The notes under the pieces are model-generated. The model did not search any database. It had not been told where the DNA came from and worked only from the letters and a program-made list of their open reading frames with translations. From contig OX597819.1 of assembly GCA_951406725.2 (NCBI GenBank), forward strand, positions 34,224,001 to 34,288,000: a stretch of 64,000 nt of DNA, in the 5' to 3' direction. The translations under genes were made by a program, and so were the position numbers. Position 1 is the first letter of the stretch. Each line of letters opens with the position of its first letter. This DNA comes from Octopus vulgaris (lineage: Eukaryota). Below are positions 1 to 12,460 of this stretch, piece after piece.

Positions 1-6
1 GTAAGT
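1..6 (+). promoter_or_regulatory. Consensus 5' splice donor GTAAGT at window start
   Basis: Positions 1-6 read GTAAGT. The upstream exon is outside the window, so the site cannot be confirmed. Confidence 0.45.
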
Positions 7-1157
7 CTTCAAAATACATATATATATTAGTAACATTAACAATAACAGATATCATTTTTGTTGTTGTTTTTTTATCAATTCAGAGTTAATTAAATTGATG
101 TAGAAATACTTGAGAATTTGTGAGAAACTATAAAAATTACTTGATTACGCACAACATATAAGAGAGAGAAATGAAGAAAGATAAGATAAGAGAATGGAGA
201 AGATATAAGGCTACCATACAGCGTATGCATTATCAGATTGTCTATTGTTTGGTTAAACACTGTTGCCTGGGGTTTGGGAGGTGTAGCTGGGGTCAGTCTG
301 ATGCAAGTGTTAGCACCATGTCTCCAGCCTGAGAACTTCCTCTCTTCACACCTCACTCCAACCTCCCCTACACAACACATTAAACTGAATGCTTTAGAAC
401 AGATTTTGCTGGGTCGGCCTCAAGAGAGATGACATGATCAAAGCCTTTAAAACCCTGAAAACCCAATGTCTTTGTTTCTCTGAGAAGAGGGTAACTTGAT
501 CAACCATTATCTAATCTGTCTTTTTAATAAGATGGTATTTAATTTTTTGCCATCCAAAGGATCATAGATAGTGAAAAACTGAGTAGCTACAGAATTAACC
601 ATCAGCTTCAAATCATTGAATATATTTTATTCTTTCTCCCATTTATACACATCATTGCTTTTATGTTAAACTGTCGTGTGTCCAAATAAAGCCAAATAAA
701 TATATACACACACACACATGTATGAACGTTCGGATGTATTTACATTAAGTACAATACACAGGTGGCTATTTTAAACTAATTCTGCTTCTGTTGCATAATA
801 GAGTTTTATTCAGCTAGATAGCTATTTACAACGTCAGGGACTGTTCATTTACTATTCTCCTGTATCAGAGGTAACAGATTTCATCTTAGCATGCGGTTGG
901 CTGTGAATAAATGCAATTGCCAACATCCAATGAGGCCAAAATACATCTAGTATTTTAACCAGCCATTGCTAGGACAATTTTCACCTGCCTCCAGCATATA
1001 TTATGCTTTTAAACACGTGTTTGTAAGAGATATTATCTGCAGCCGAATACTTTATTAAATTTACTTTATGTGATGTATTTAGATAAAGTATGATTCAAAG
1101 ATGGCAATTTAAGCCAATACCATTTCTGTTACATATAACATATATAGATATATATAT

Positions 1158-1378
1158 GCACATGGCCTAGTGGTTAGAGCAGCGGACTCGCTGTCAAGGG
1201 ATTGCAAGTTCGAATCTCAGACCAGGCGATGTGTGTGTTTATGAGTGAAACACCTAAGTTCCATGCTGCTCCGGCAGAAAGTAATGGCGAACGTCTACTG
1301 ACTCTTTCACCACAACTCTCTCTCATAAATGGCGGTGCCCCAGCATGGCACAGCTCATGAGCTGAAACTAGATGAAAT
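1158..1378 (+). mobile_element. tRNA-derived SINE, family C head with family-A-like tail
   Basis: Box A TGGCCTAGTGGTTAG and box B GTTCGAATC. The body GTGTTTATGAGTGAAACACCTAAG is shared with the copies at 38830, 41811 and 60730. Ends GGCGGTGCCCCAGCATGG..CTGAAAC. Confidence 0.85.
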
Positions 1379-2309
1379 AAAATTTTTAAAAATGTAAACA
1401 CACATGCACACGCACATGCATACACACACACATACACGTGTTTTATTATGTAAATGTATATCTGTATATGTAAATGTTTACAATGCATATATGCTTGTTT
1501 TCTTTCTCATTTAACTTGTTATGAATATAGGCCCCTTTTTCATTCTTTATTTTATTCTATTTTTTCTTTAGTCTTTATTCAATCTTCTGAACTACCATAT
1601 TGTTTTCCTGTGTCTCTACTTAATAATTACTTATAATAAGGTAGCAAGGTGGCAGAATCATTTTGAGTTCAAATTCTATCAAGGTTGACTTTGTCTTTCA
1701 TCCTTTCATGATGAAATAAGTACCAGTTGAGTACTGGGGTTAATGTAATCAACTTAACCCTTCCCATGAAATTCCTGCATAGATATATTAATTGTTGACC
1801 TTATGCTAAAATTCAAAAGCAATAAAAATTTAGCCTAACCTCCAAAATTGTTGTACAGATATATTAACTGCTGGCCTTGTGCTAAAATTTAAAAGCAATG
1901 ATTACTCATGATGACTGTACTTATTTCTAAACACCAAACAGCTGGAATGAAAATCCCAATCTTACCAAGAAAAGACATAAATAATCATATGATTGACATC
2001 AGCCATGTTTTGTCAAATAGATATTTTCCGAAGAGATGTTATTCAAGTCTAGGTCAATTTTGATCCAAATGACCCATTACCAAAAGCATTACAACCATGA
2101 TCCCATATTCTTCAATAGTATATCAAAAACTGTATCATTGCATGCCCTTCCTCCCTTTACAAAGGTAAGATATGATTTAAAGACACTTAGTTACTATCTC
2201 CAGCAACATCAGATGACTGTTTAGAGGCATCCTCATTGATACAGAGTTAATGTGTTGGCAACTCCAGTAGTAATAGATTATGTGTTGGCAACTCCAGTAG
2301 TAATAGATT

Positions 2310-2491
2310 GGTTTAGATCACTAGCCACTACACATTATTTTCTCTCCTTGTTTCTTTCTGTGTTCCTTTCTGTGGAAGAGCGTGGACTCGAAATGTTAAA
2401 GACTTCTTCACTTCCCTAGCATTAAACTAATACATCTGTTTGTTGTCTACACCACCTGTCTTCATCTTTTGTTTTTTTGTGAATTCTCCCT
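2310..2491 (+). mobile_element. Penelope-like terminal-repeat fragment (family P1) with hammerhead-like fold
   Basis: Homologous to 18352-18535, 18575-18764 and 57590-57742. Contains CTTT-CTGTGGA-AGAGCGTGGACTC-GAAATGTT-AAAG and abuts a microsatellite. Confidence 0.6.
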
Positions 2492-2974
2492 ATGTGTGTG
2501 TGTGTGTGTGTGTGTGCATTCATGTTCAGTATTCATGTATATAGTTGTTCTACTTCCAATCATCATTATCATTTTATGTCCCTTTCCCAATGCTGGCATG
2601 GGTTGGACAGTTCAATAGTAATGGACAAATCAGAGGGATACGTTGAGTGCCAGTGTCTACTTTGGAATGGTTTCTGCCATTAGATTCCATTCCTAACACC
2701 AACCATCTTACAGAGTGTATTGAGGGCACTTGCTTTCATGACACCAAGACTAGTGAGGTCACCAAATATTTGTAAGACCCCTGAACTTACATATATATTC
2801 AATAAGTAGCTACTTTGGCAGTTTAAACGGCAGAGGTCAGTGATTTCTGATGTGAGTGAAGACAAACACTAGCCAATGTGATCTTCATTCCAACTTTCTT
2901 CAGTTTGACAACAAGGCCTTATATCCCACAGAGACTAAATATAATGATATGGATGTAACTGTATAGATACATTA

Positions 2975-3182
2975 ATTTTAAATTTTGGCACAAGGCCAGC
3001 AATTTCAGGGAAGGGGGTAAGTCAATTACATCAACCCCCCAGTGCTCAGCTGGTACTTATTGATCTTGAAAGGATGAAAAGCAAAGTCAACCTCAATGGA
3101 ATTTTAGCTCAGAACAAGAAGACAGACAAAATGCCAGTAAGCATTTTGCCTGGTGTGCTAATGATTCTGGCAGCTTGCCGCT
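2975..3182 (-). mobile_element. SINE family B
   Basis: Reverse complement of the GGCAGCAAGCTGGCAGAA...GAGTTCAAATTC..GAGGTCGACTTTGCCTTTCATCCTTTC..AAGTACCAG consensus seen at 16266. Confidence 0.8.
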
Positions 3183-3663
3183 TTACTGCATAGATATATT
3201 AATTTATAACATATGCTGTATTGGTACTCTAATTATTAATACATTTATATGTACGTCTATACATACATGAGGCTACAACTTGATTTCAAGCCATCAATTG
3301 ATTGTTATCTTAAAGCAGTATAGATGCGGACGATTAAAGATGTAGTAGTGATGGACATCTCTTGCAGCAGGTGTTCAGAGAGTTACCACTCCACGCTGAC
3401 ACATGCCTTTATTCCATCATGGAATTTTGCAGTGAGTATTTCACTTTTAATTGGTTATAGCCAGCCATAATATGCAACACATAAATAGAGATATTAAGAA
3501 CCAAGTGCTGCTGCCTGTGCTTGAAGATTTTTAAAGTGAGGAAAGGCCTTTCAGAAGGTCAACAACACTGTCTTAGCAATGCATACAATTGCCCAACTAG
3601 AACTAATCTACACCATTGGATGCAAACAAAGTCACATGTGTTACATCAGGCTTTTCCTTATCA

Positions 3664-3830
3664 AAGCTGTTATTTGGCCATTGACTCTACTGAGTTCAAC
3701 CACCCTTCCTGCTGAAGAGTGTTCAACAAAAACCACCCTCCTTTCTGCTCGGCAAGGAGAGTGGTTTTCGTTGAACACTCTTCAGGATAAGTGGTTGAAC
3801 TCAGTAAAGTCAGTGGCCATGTAACAGCTT
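3664..3830. repeat. Long imperfect inverted repeat (~80-bp arms, short loop); probable MITE or foldback
   Basis: AAGCTGTTATTTGGCCATTGACTCTACTGAGTTCAACCAC...GAAGAGTGTTCAAC pairs with GTTGAACACTCTTC...GTGGTTGAACTCAGTAAAGTCAGTGGCCATGTAACAGCTT. Confidence 0.9.
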
Positions 3831-4077
3831 GGTAAACTTGCCAGTTTAGTTCCCAATGGCTTGACAATGCAAGAGGTTTTAATGGGTTACAGGCTACTGA
3901 TAGCACTGAGGAAGACCAGACATACAAGCCATGTTAGTTCTTATTTGAAATTACTGCCCCTCCACCCCACTAGATATGTCAGGAGTTATACTTGCTTGTA
4001 CATATCATTCTTTTGCCTGATATTTATAGCTGGACACCTTTCCTATTACCAACTACTCTACACAAAGTATTGTATGT

Positions 4078-4483
4078 GCTGGAGACACGTTGGTGTGCCG
4101 GGCGAAATGCTTTGCGGTATTTCGTCTGTCGTTACGTTCTGAGTTCAAATTCCGCCGAGGTCAACTTTGCCTTTCATCCTTTCGGGGTCGATAAATTAAG
4201 TACCAGTTACACACTGGGGTCGATATAATCGACTTAATACCTATGTCTGTCCTTGTTTGTCCCCTCTGTGTTTAGCCCCTTGTGAGTAATAAAGAAATAG
4301 GTATTTCGTCTGTCGTTATGTTGTGAGTTCAAATTCCGCCGAGGTCAACTTTGCCTTTCATCCTTTCGGGGTCGATAAATAAAGTACCAGTTTCACACTG
4401 GGGGCGATATAATCGACTCAATCCCTTCATCTGTCCTTGTTTGTCCCCCTCTATGTTTAGCCCCTTGTGGGCAGTAAAGAAAT
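4078..4483 (+). mobile_element. SINE family B, tandem dimer (full copy plus 5'-truncated copy)
   Basis: GGTATTTCGTCTGTCGTTA..GAGTTCAAATTCCGCCGAGGTCAACTTTGCCTTTCATCCTTTCGGGGTCGATAAAT occurs at ~4117 and again at ~4300. Confidence 0.9.
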
Positions 4484-5555
4484 ATATATATATTGTTTCA
4501 GCAGCACTTGAGGGATTGTTTTGTCCCTGTTTTTTCTACCTTGTATTCTCTTGATTCGTTCATTTATTCATGTGTGTGTGTGTCTGTCTGTCTGTCTGTG
4601 CATGTGTGTGAGAGAGTGAGAAAGAGAGAGAAAGACACACAGAGAGCAAAAGACAGACAGATATACAGAGTTCAAATATTTCCTTATGTCGGTACAAATA
4701 GCTGAATATCTAAACTTAAGCGGAATTTAACCTAACATACCATCAAATATGTTCACCTGTAAAATGTTCTATTTAAAAATCTATGCTGCTTATTTAAATT
4801 GACAGTGGGTTTTAGTAATAAACTTGTACAAGATTTAACTCAATTAAGATGATATTTCCTGTAAGGAAGACAGGTGAGTAATTTGATAATGATTAGATGC
4901 TGTGTTACAAATGTACAATAAGAAAAACACAGATTCTAATATATCCTCTCAATTTTACATGTGTTTATTTCAAAAACTTGCCTCCATGGAGTGAAACTAA
5001 ATGTGATTTCCTGCACCAGATTTATTAATTTGAACATTCTGTCACAGATTTCAGAGTTTTCATCAATCATATATTGTTAAGCTCAGATCATAGCCAATAT
5101 TTAAACAAAATTCTGCAATAGTGCTTACACTTAGATGCAGAAAAACACAAGATTTTAACAACATAGGGGAGTAACCAGATGGTAAAAAAACTGTGCTTTA
5201 GCTGGGTAAAACTTGTTTGTCTGCACTTGTTTTGACTTATATATAAATGAAAGGAAATTTTTTTCTTTGAATCCTAAATAATGTCTTGTAATGTATTGGA
5301 TCACTGGAAGCACAATGAACAATTTACTTTAATGTTTTTCAGATGAAAGTCAGCATGACATGGTCTTCAGGCTTATTGACCACAATTATAATTACCAACA
5401 TAAAGCTAACAAATTTCACAGGAAGGAAGAAATGATTAGTAATATTTGCAAAGGATATTAGTTTTGCTAGTAAAACTGAAAAAAGGATCTGACTAAGAAT
5501 ATAAACTAATTTGGGTTTGAGTCAATAAGGAACTCTCTATCAGGGTTACATGATT

Positions 5556-5792
5556 ACTCTTTTACTCTTTTACTTGTTTCAGATACTTGACTGTGCCATG
5601 CTGGAGCATCGTCCTTAGTCGAGCAGATCGACCCCAGCACTTATTTCTTGTAAGCCTAGTACTAATTCTATTGGTCTCTTTTGGTGAAACGCTAAGATAT
5701 GGAGGCATAAACACACCAGCATCGGTGGTCAAGCAATGTTGGCGGGGGGGATAAACACAGACACACAAACATATACACACACACATACATGC

Positions 5793-5835
<43 letters not shown>

Positions 5836-6003
5836 TATACGACAGGCTTCTTTCAGTTTCTGTCTACCAAATCCACTCACAAGGCTTTGGTCGGCCCAAG
5901 GCTATCGTAGTAGACACTTGCTCAAGGTGCCACACAGTGGGACTGAACCTGGAACCTTGTGGTTCATAAGCAAGCGAATTACCATACAGCCACTCCTATG
6001 TCT
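5556..6003 (-). mobile_element. SINE family A (tRNA-like head, CCTTGGGCAAGT motif, internal microsatellite, (GTAAAAGA)n tail)
   Basis: Reverse complement of the consensus seen at 29564-29982. Confidence 0.9.
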
Positions 6004-6494
6004 ATGGCTATAATTAACAGTGAAGTCCCTCTCGAAACTTGCAAAACGGAGAAAGAACAATTTTGGATAATCTACAAATACATGTGTGTTGTGTGTGTGT
6101 GCGTATATGTGTGTGTGTGTGTGTGTGTATGTGTGTGTGTGTGTGTGCATGCGTGTGTGCATGTGCATGTGTGCATACATGTGTACTATGTCTGAAAAAG
6201 ATGGCCATGGCTAAGCACCACTAAGAATGTGATTAACCTATACAACAATAATACCAACACCATTAATCTACTGACACAACACACAAAGCAATTTCTCTAT
6301 TTGCTAGACATTTATATCAAATGCAGGAACTTCACTTCTGTTCTGATTTTTGTATTTATATTTCTTTCTCGTATTTTCTTGCCTTATTTTTTTTTTATTT
6401 GTTTTATATATTTTATCCCCCATCGCTACCTCTACCACAGCCTCTACCACCATGACCACAACCACCACCATCAACATCATCATAATAAGTACCA

Positions 6495-6622
6495 CCACCA
6501 ACACCACCCTGCTGGTCTTCCACAAGCAGTCTGACCCAGTCTTGTGCCTTGGAGGGGAACTCTCTAGGTGCAATCTCATGGTCATTTATGACTGAAAGGG
6601 GTTTTTATTCTTTACCCTTTAA
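6495..6622 (+). mobile_element. SINE/LINE 3' tail fragment
   Basis: Homologous to the tail of the element at 60730-60880 on the opposite strand: CTGCTGGTCTTCCA...CTAGGTGCAAT..CATGGTCATT.ATGAC.GAA. Confidence 0.65.
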
Positions 6623-6784
6623 CTGCAAAATAAAATTTCATATTACAGAGATGTACTTGCATAGCAAGTGACTTGATCTGGGATCGTGTGCTGGAACGAA
6701 AACAATTGCAGCGTGGAAGGTGTTTATAAGCCATTTAAGAAACAAACAAAAACCGTAAGATTCACTTAAACATTTAAATTTAAT

Positions 6785-6994
6785 TCTCTTTTACTCTTTT
6801 ACTCTTTTATTTGTTTCAGTCATTTGGCTGCGGCCATGCTGGAGCACCGCCTTTAGTCGAGCAAATCGACCCCAGGACTTATTCTTTGTAAGCCCAGTAC
6901 TTATTCTATCGGTCTCTTTTGCCGAACCGCTAAGTGACGGGGACGTAAGCATACCAGCAATGGTTGTCAAGCAATGCTAGGGGGATAAACACAG

Positions 6995-7035
<41 letters not shown>

Positions 7036-7199
7036 CATATATACGACAGGCTTCTTTCAGTTTCCGTCTACCAAATCCACTCAGAAGGCTTTGGTCGACC
7101 CGAGGCTATAGTAGAAGACACTTGCCCAAGGTGCCATGCAGTGGGACTGAACCCGGAACCATGTGGTTGGTTAGCAAGCTACTTACCACACAGCCACTC
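6785..7199 (-). mobile_element. SINE family A (young copy)
   Basis: Near-identical to 33030-33508 and 29564-29982. Confidence 0.95.
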
Positions 7200-7200
7200 G

Positions 7201-7245
7201 GTCAAAATATTTTCATCACTTTGAGACCGCGACCTGTTCACTGAC
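7201..7245 (-). ncRNA. Minimal type I hammerhead ribozyme candidate with G3:C8 core
   Basis: Stem I GUCA/UGAC; core GUGAACA; stem II GUCGC/GUGAU; GAAA; palindromic AAUAUU; cleavage triplet UUU. Confidence 0.55.
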
Positions 7246-7762
7246 AAAACTTTGTCCTAGTTTTTCCAGTAATAATGTTAAATATCTACCAATTAAAAAA
7301 GATAAATGAAAAACTAGAATTGGTTTTTTTTTCTACAAGTCACGTTGCCTCAATAAATTTGAGATATCTCAACAGAAAATAGTTTCAAACACGACATTCC
7401 ACAACAAAAGATAGATGGTGTATAAAACTACTTTTTGTATGCACACGCACGCTGTTGTCAGACAATTCAGTTAATATCAAATTGATATCCAAACTCTTTC
7501 AGATATGGAAACTAGATAATGTTTCTTTCTTTTATTATTTTACTTGTTTCAGTCTTTTGACTGTGGCCATGCTGGAGCACCACCTTGAAGGTTTTTTTTT
7601 TTTAGTTGAACAAATTGACCCCAGAACTTATTTTTAAAGCCTGGTACTTATTCTATCAGTCTCTTTTGCCAGACCACTAAGTTACAGAGAAGTAATCACA
7701 CCAACACTGGTTGTCAAGTGGTGATGGGGAGACAAACACAGACACAAAGACACACACACAAG

Positions 7763-7813
<51 letters not shown>

Positions 7814-7830
7814 ATATATACATATAAATA

Positions 7831-7985
7831 TATATATATAATAAAATACAAAATGGGACAAGAACGCAAAACATCCGGACAACTAGGTGATACAAAAAGG
7901 GGACAACAAAACATCCAGATAGACAATACAAAACAACAAGGATGGGTCATCCGGATGTTTTGAGTTCTTGTCCCATTTTGTATTT

Positions 7986-7988
<3 letters not shown>
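7831..7988. repeat. Foldback insertion in (TA)n (~39-bp arms); Penelope-like terminus
   Basis: ATAAAATACAAAATGGGACAAGAACGCAAAACATCCGGA ... TCCGGATGTTTTGAGTTCTTGTCCCATTTTGTATTTTAT. Related to 46455-46580. Confidence 0.85.
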
Positions 7989-8034
<46 letters not shown>

Positions 8035-8042
<8 letters not shown>

Positions 8043-8348
8043 TAAATTATAGATAAAACCACTATTAAGCAAATCAAATAATGAAAAACATAAGCCAATA
8101 CATAAAATTATTAATTTATATTATTTAAATATATATCAAAAGTATTATTAAACTTTTAATACTTTTGATATATATTTAAATAATATAAATTAATAATTTT
8201 ATGTATTGGCTTATGTTTTTCATTGTTTGATTTGCTTAATAGTGGTTTTATCTATAATATAATATAATATATTTATACTATAAAATTGGATTTAATCCTA
8301 AATCTGATTTTCCCAGTAAGTTTGGATTTATTCCCTAATATTTTATTT
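8035..8348. repeat. Near-perfect ~235-bp AT-rich palindrome plus a 3' extension, in (TA)n
   Basis: Arms of ~115 bp centred on ATTATTAAACTTTTAATA. Homologous to 53701-53992. Confidence 0.9.
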
Positions 8349-9010
8349 ATATATATATATATATATATTTATATAGCGGTGTACGTACACTTTGTTCTCT
8401 TATATATATATATATATATATAAGGGCTTCTTCCAGTTTCCACCTACCAAATCTACTCACAAGGCTTTGGTCAGTTCAAGGCTATAATAGAAAACACTTG
8501 CCCAAGGTGTCATGCAGTGGGACTGATCCCAGAACCATGTGGTTGGGAAGCAAGCTGCTTACCACACAACCATGCATGCACCTTGATAGTATATTTCTTT
8601 TATTTCTTTTACTTGTCTCAGTCATTAGACCGAGATCATGCTGGGACACTGCCTTGAAGAATTTTAATCTACTGAATTGGCCCCTGTATAAGCCTGGGTA
8701 TTCTATTGGTCTCTTTGCCTGAACCACTAAGTTATGGGGATGATAGTTCCTCTTCTAGCAGCAACAACAATAGCAGCAACAACAATAGCTGCCTGCTGTA
8801 TAGAAATAACAGATTGGCAGAAAGAATGGTATTCTAGAGTCAAATTCAATTAAAGAAACTAAAAGGTTACAGTTAAAGCTTTATATAGCTCAAAGGTGTT
8901 TATACTGATCTTCATTCAATACAAGGTCAATCAATAGCAGAGGTGAGGTGTGATAGAAGATCAATCAAAGATGGTGCCAGTGGTGATGGAGGGCAGTTTT
9001 ATATATACTA

Positions 9011-9411
9011 CTAGCAGTATCGCCCGGCGTTGCTCAGGTTTGTAAGGGAAATAACTATATAAGCATTGTTAGAGAGTTATAGCCAAAAAATAGCAAAAAA
9101 ATGCATTAGAAATGGAAAAAAAAATTATGGTAAATTTTTTTTTTAAATCGTTGACTCATCGTAGACATTTTTAGAGAGTTACTTCCCTTATATAATAGTG
9201 AAAAAAAAGCATTAAAATGGAAAAAAATGATGGTAAATTATTTTAAAAATCGTAGACTCATCATAGATGCGCGCTAATACCCAGAAGGGCTCGATATGAA
9301 TCACAACTATAAGATACCCGCTTTTGGTTACACTGCATTGCAAAATGTGGGAGTAGTTAGGAATCTAAATTGTAGGAGACAGACACACAACTTGACTTTT
9401 ATATATAAAGA
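9011..9411 (-). mobile_element. Non-autonomous Helitron (family H1)
   Basis: Minus strand begins A^TC and ends CTAG^T, with a subterminal GC hairpin CCTGAGCAACGCCGGG and no TSD. Second copy at 36067-36461. Confidence 0.85.
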
Positions 9412-9797
9412 TATATAAGGGACTACCAATCCAGGCAAAATACTTCATAAGCTCTCTGTTAACACACCAGACTAACAATATTATTTAGATTAGTGAAGAA
9501 CTCCAGGTATTCTTTTGGCAGGGTCCAAGGTTATGATTGTCACAATTCTATTTATTAAATCTGTGGAGGGGCTCCAGACAAACTGTTTTTTTACACAGAG
9601 TGATATACAGGACAGGCTATAAATAATGGTTATTACATATTTTACCTTTATTGGAGCAAATTAGGCTTACGGTTGTTTCCAGTAGTCATTATTGGTACAT
9701 TACTGATAGGTTTACTCAATTAGTCTATTGATCAGTTGAGAAAAATTGAACAAACTCCCAAAATTAATGCTACCTTCATCAGAGCCATTTCTGGTTA

Positions 9798-9802
9798 TAT
9801 AT

Positions 9803-9844
<42 letters not shown>

Positions 9845-10050
9845 ATGTGGTACTGATGACAGCAATTATGATAGTGATGATGATGATGATGACGACGATG
9901 ACGACGACGGTGGTGGTGGTGGTGGTGGTGGTTGTACTGGTACAGGTAACTGCAGTATTCATTATATGTCAGCAACAATTCTGATGACAATGATGACTAT
10001 AATAATAATGGTGCTTGTAATGACAGTGGTGGTGTGATGATGATGATGAC

Positions 10051-10082
<32 letters not shown>
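9798..10082. repeat. Compound microsatellite (TG)n/(GAT)n/(GAC)n/(GGT)n
   Basis: Directly visible in the sequence. Confidence 0.95.
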
Positions 10083-10083
<1 letters not shown>

Positions 10084-10582
10084 TGGATGATGCAGACAGA
10101 TTGCTGATAAGAACCCTCTGTCTATTTCTACCATTCATAGAATTATTGCATATTATGTGTCTGTGTGTAGAACAAGCAACAGTAGTGAAATACAGTAGAA
10201 GACAGCCAAGTGTCTGATAGCAGAGATTTAAGGCTGTATTGCGGTAGTTTAGAGTTTGAAATTGGCAGGTTTCCTTATAGAACTCTTTAGAAAATGGGCA
10301 ATTACAGCATGACTTAATCTACGAAAGACTTTCATATGTGCTAAAAGGAGAAGGAAGAGGGAAATGGTGCAAAACAATGAACCAAAACTATCAAAGAAAC
10401 AAAAGCTCATCAGCCATGGAATAAAGGAATAAAAATTAAATACATTCATTTGCACATTTTACATGTTATTCCATGCTAGTATGGACTGGACAAATACATA
10501 CTGGGTACCTTTCCTGTTGCTAACCATTACCTGTTATACATGTAGGAGTTTTTTGGATTCTTTTTTTAAATTCTAGTTGGTC

Positions 10583-10843
10583 TTTTATTCTTTTACATGT
10601 TTCAGTCATTTGACTGTGGCCATGCTGGAGCACCACATTAATGGGTTTTAGTCAAAGAAATAATCAACCTCAGGTCTTATTCTTTATAAGCCTAGTACTT
10701 GTTATATTGGTCTCCAAATCCATTCACAAGGCTTTGGTCGACCCGAGGTTATAGTAGAAGACACCTGCCCAAGGTGCCACGCAATGGAACTGAACCTAGA
10801 ACCATATGGTTAGGGAGCAAGCTTCTTACCACATAGCCGTGCT
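10583..10843 (-). mobile_element. SINE family A, internally deleted
   Basis: Tail joins directly to head at TTGGTCTC|CAAATCCATTCAC. Confidence 0.8.
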
Positions 10844-12209
10844 GTTCTTTGAAAATAAAGAATTACTGGAAAATTTGTTACAAATATCAACATAATATAA
10901 CTGATTTATTTACTTTTGCTCAAATAACTTCATTTGAAGATGTAAAATGTAAACATTCACACAGACATATATGCATGTACATACACATACACACACACCA
11001 ACAGGCCTCCATACAACTTTTATTTACTAATTCCACTCACAAGGCATGGACCAATCCAATACTATGATAGAAGGATCTTGATCAAGGTGTGTCATGCAGT
11101 GAGATATAACTCAAAATGGTATGCTTAAGAAGTGAACTTCATACCAAAATAGTTTTGCTTAAGGTGTCATTTATCTTCTATCATGCACCTCTATATTACA
11201 TCACTCAGCTCAGTCAGTCACATACTTATACCTATCAGTCATCTCACCATCACTCATCCCTCAATCACTCAATGGAGGAATGAAGGGTGTGATGTGGGAA
11301 AAGTAAAGTAATGATATGACCGGAAGTAAAGGTGACATCAAGAAGCAGGGTTCTTTCAACAGCACCTTTTTTCGATGGGGACATTAAGGGTGACAGACAT
11401 GATGAGGGGATCATTTCAGGGAAATAGATTTTTCTAGTCAGAAGCTTGACTTACAATGTGTATTTGGGTTCAACTGTTGAGTTTTGCTGGTTCCTGCAAC
11501 ACAAAGTTTGGATATACTGTTGCCAGTTGTATCTGGAGGTATGAATAACCTTATCTGCATCATACAACCACACATTCATACCACTTGTATATCTCCTCTT
11601 CTGTCATTCATCACTAGACCTAGGTATAAAAGACTGCATTGAACAGTACATTCTTTCTTCGAAATTTCTGTACTGCCAGTCATCACTCACTTTCCTCCAG
11701 GCCTCTCTTGTCATTCTGTCATTCATCACCTTTGACCACTCCTATCACTACCATCACCGCCTTCTCTTCACCAAAATTACTTTGTTTCCACCATCACAAT
11801 CTTGCTTCTTTTACCCACTCAATTCTACCTCTTCACCCTTTTTGCCTCTTTCATGTTACCTTGAGTGACCATACTCACCCTACAGTAGTGATTGCTCTTT
11901 ACTCTGATGACAGGAAAGAATGCCCCCACAAAACCCTACCCCACCCAGTGCACTCCATACTGTTGTTGACTAGTGAATAGACAAAATATAGGGTCAAGAG
12001 ATCTCTTTGGACCTGTCTTATTCAGGACATGACAACCTCATTACTGATGGCGACACAATAAAATTGACCTGATATACTCTGTAAATGGGCTGGTGATAGA
12101 AAGGGCATCCAGCAGTAGAAACCAAAGCAACTGACAGAGAAACCAGTCTATGAGGGTAGTGGCTCTCAATAAAAACTGACTCGGTCAACAGAAAAAATAG
12201 ATATAAAAT

Positions 12210-12416
12210 TGATGATGATGATGATGACCATAACATGATCATGACAACAACAATAATGATGATGACACAGAGAATGATGATAATCATGATGACAACAATG
12301 GCAATGATGATAATGGTGATAACAATGATGATGATGATGATGATGATGATAATGATGATGACGTTGACGATGATGATGATAATGACGTTGACGTTGACGA
12401 TGATGATGATGATGAT

Positions 12417-12447
<31 letters not shown>

Positions 12448-12460
12448 ACAATGAAGATAT
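12210..12460. repeat. (GAT)n/(GAG)n microsatellite following an RTE-type 3' end
   Basis: Directly visible. The upstream motif AAGGGCATCCAGCAGTAGAAAC at ~12100 is shared with the RTE 3'UTR. Confidence 0.9.

Larger units (their letters stand above)
6643..7252 (-). mobile_element. Probable Penelope-like terminal fragment interrupted by a SINE A, with hammerhead fold at 7201-7245
   Basis: Non-SINE sequence lies on both sides of the SINE at 6785-7199. Minus strand reads GTCA-GTGAACA-G-GTCGC..GTGAT-GAAA-ATAT-TT-TGAC. Confidence 0.5.
7535..8582 (-). mobile_element. SINE family A whose internal microsatellite hosts two foldback insertions
   Basis: Tail at 7535-7745 and head at 8424-8582, separated by (CA)n/(TA)n and the inverted repeats at 7831-7988 and 8035-8270. 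Confidence 0.8.
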
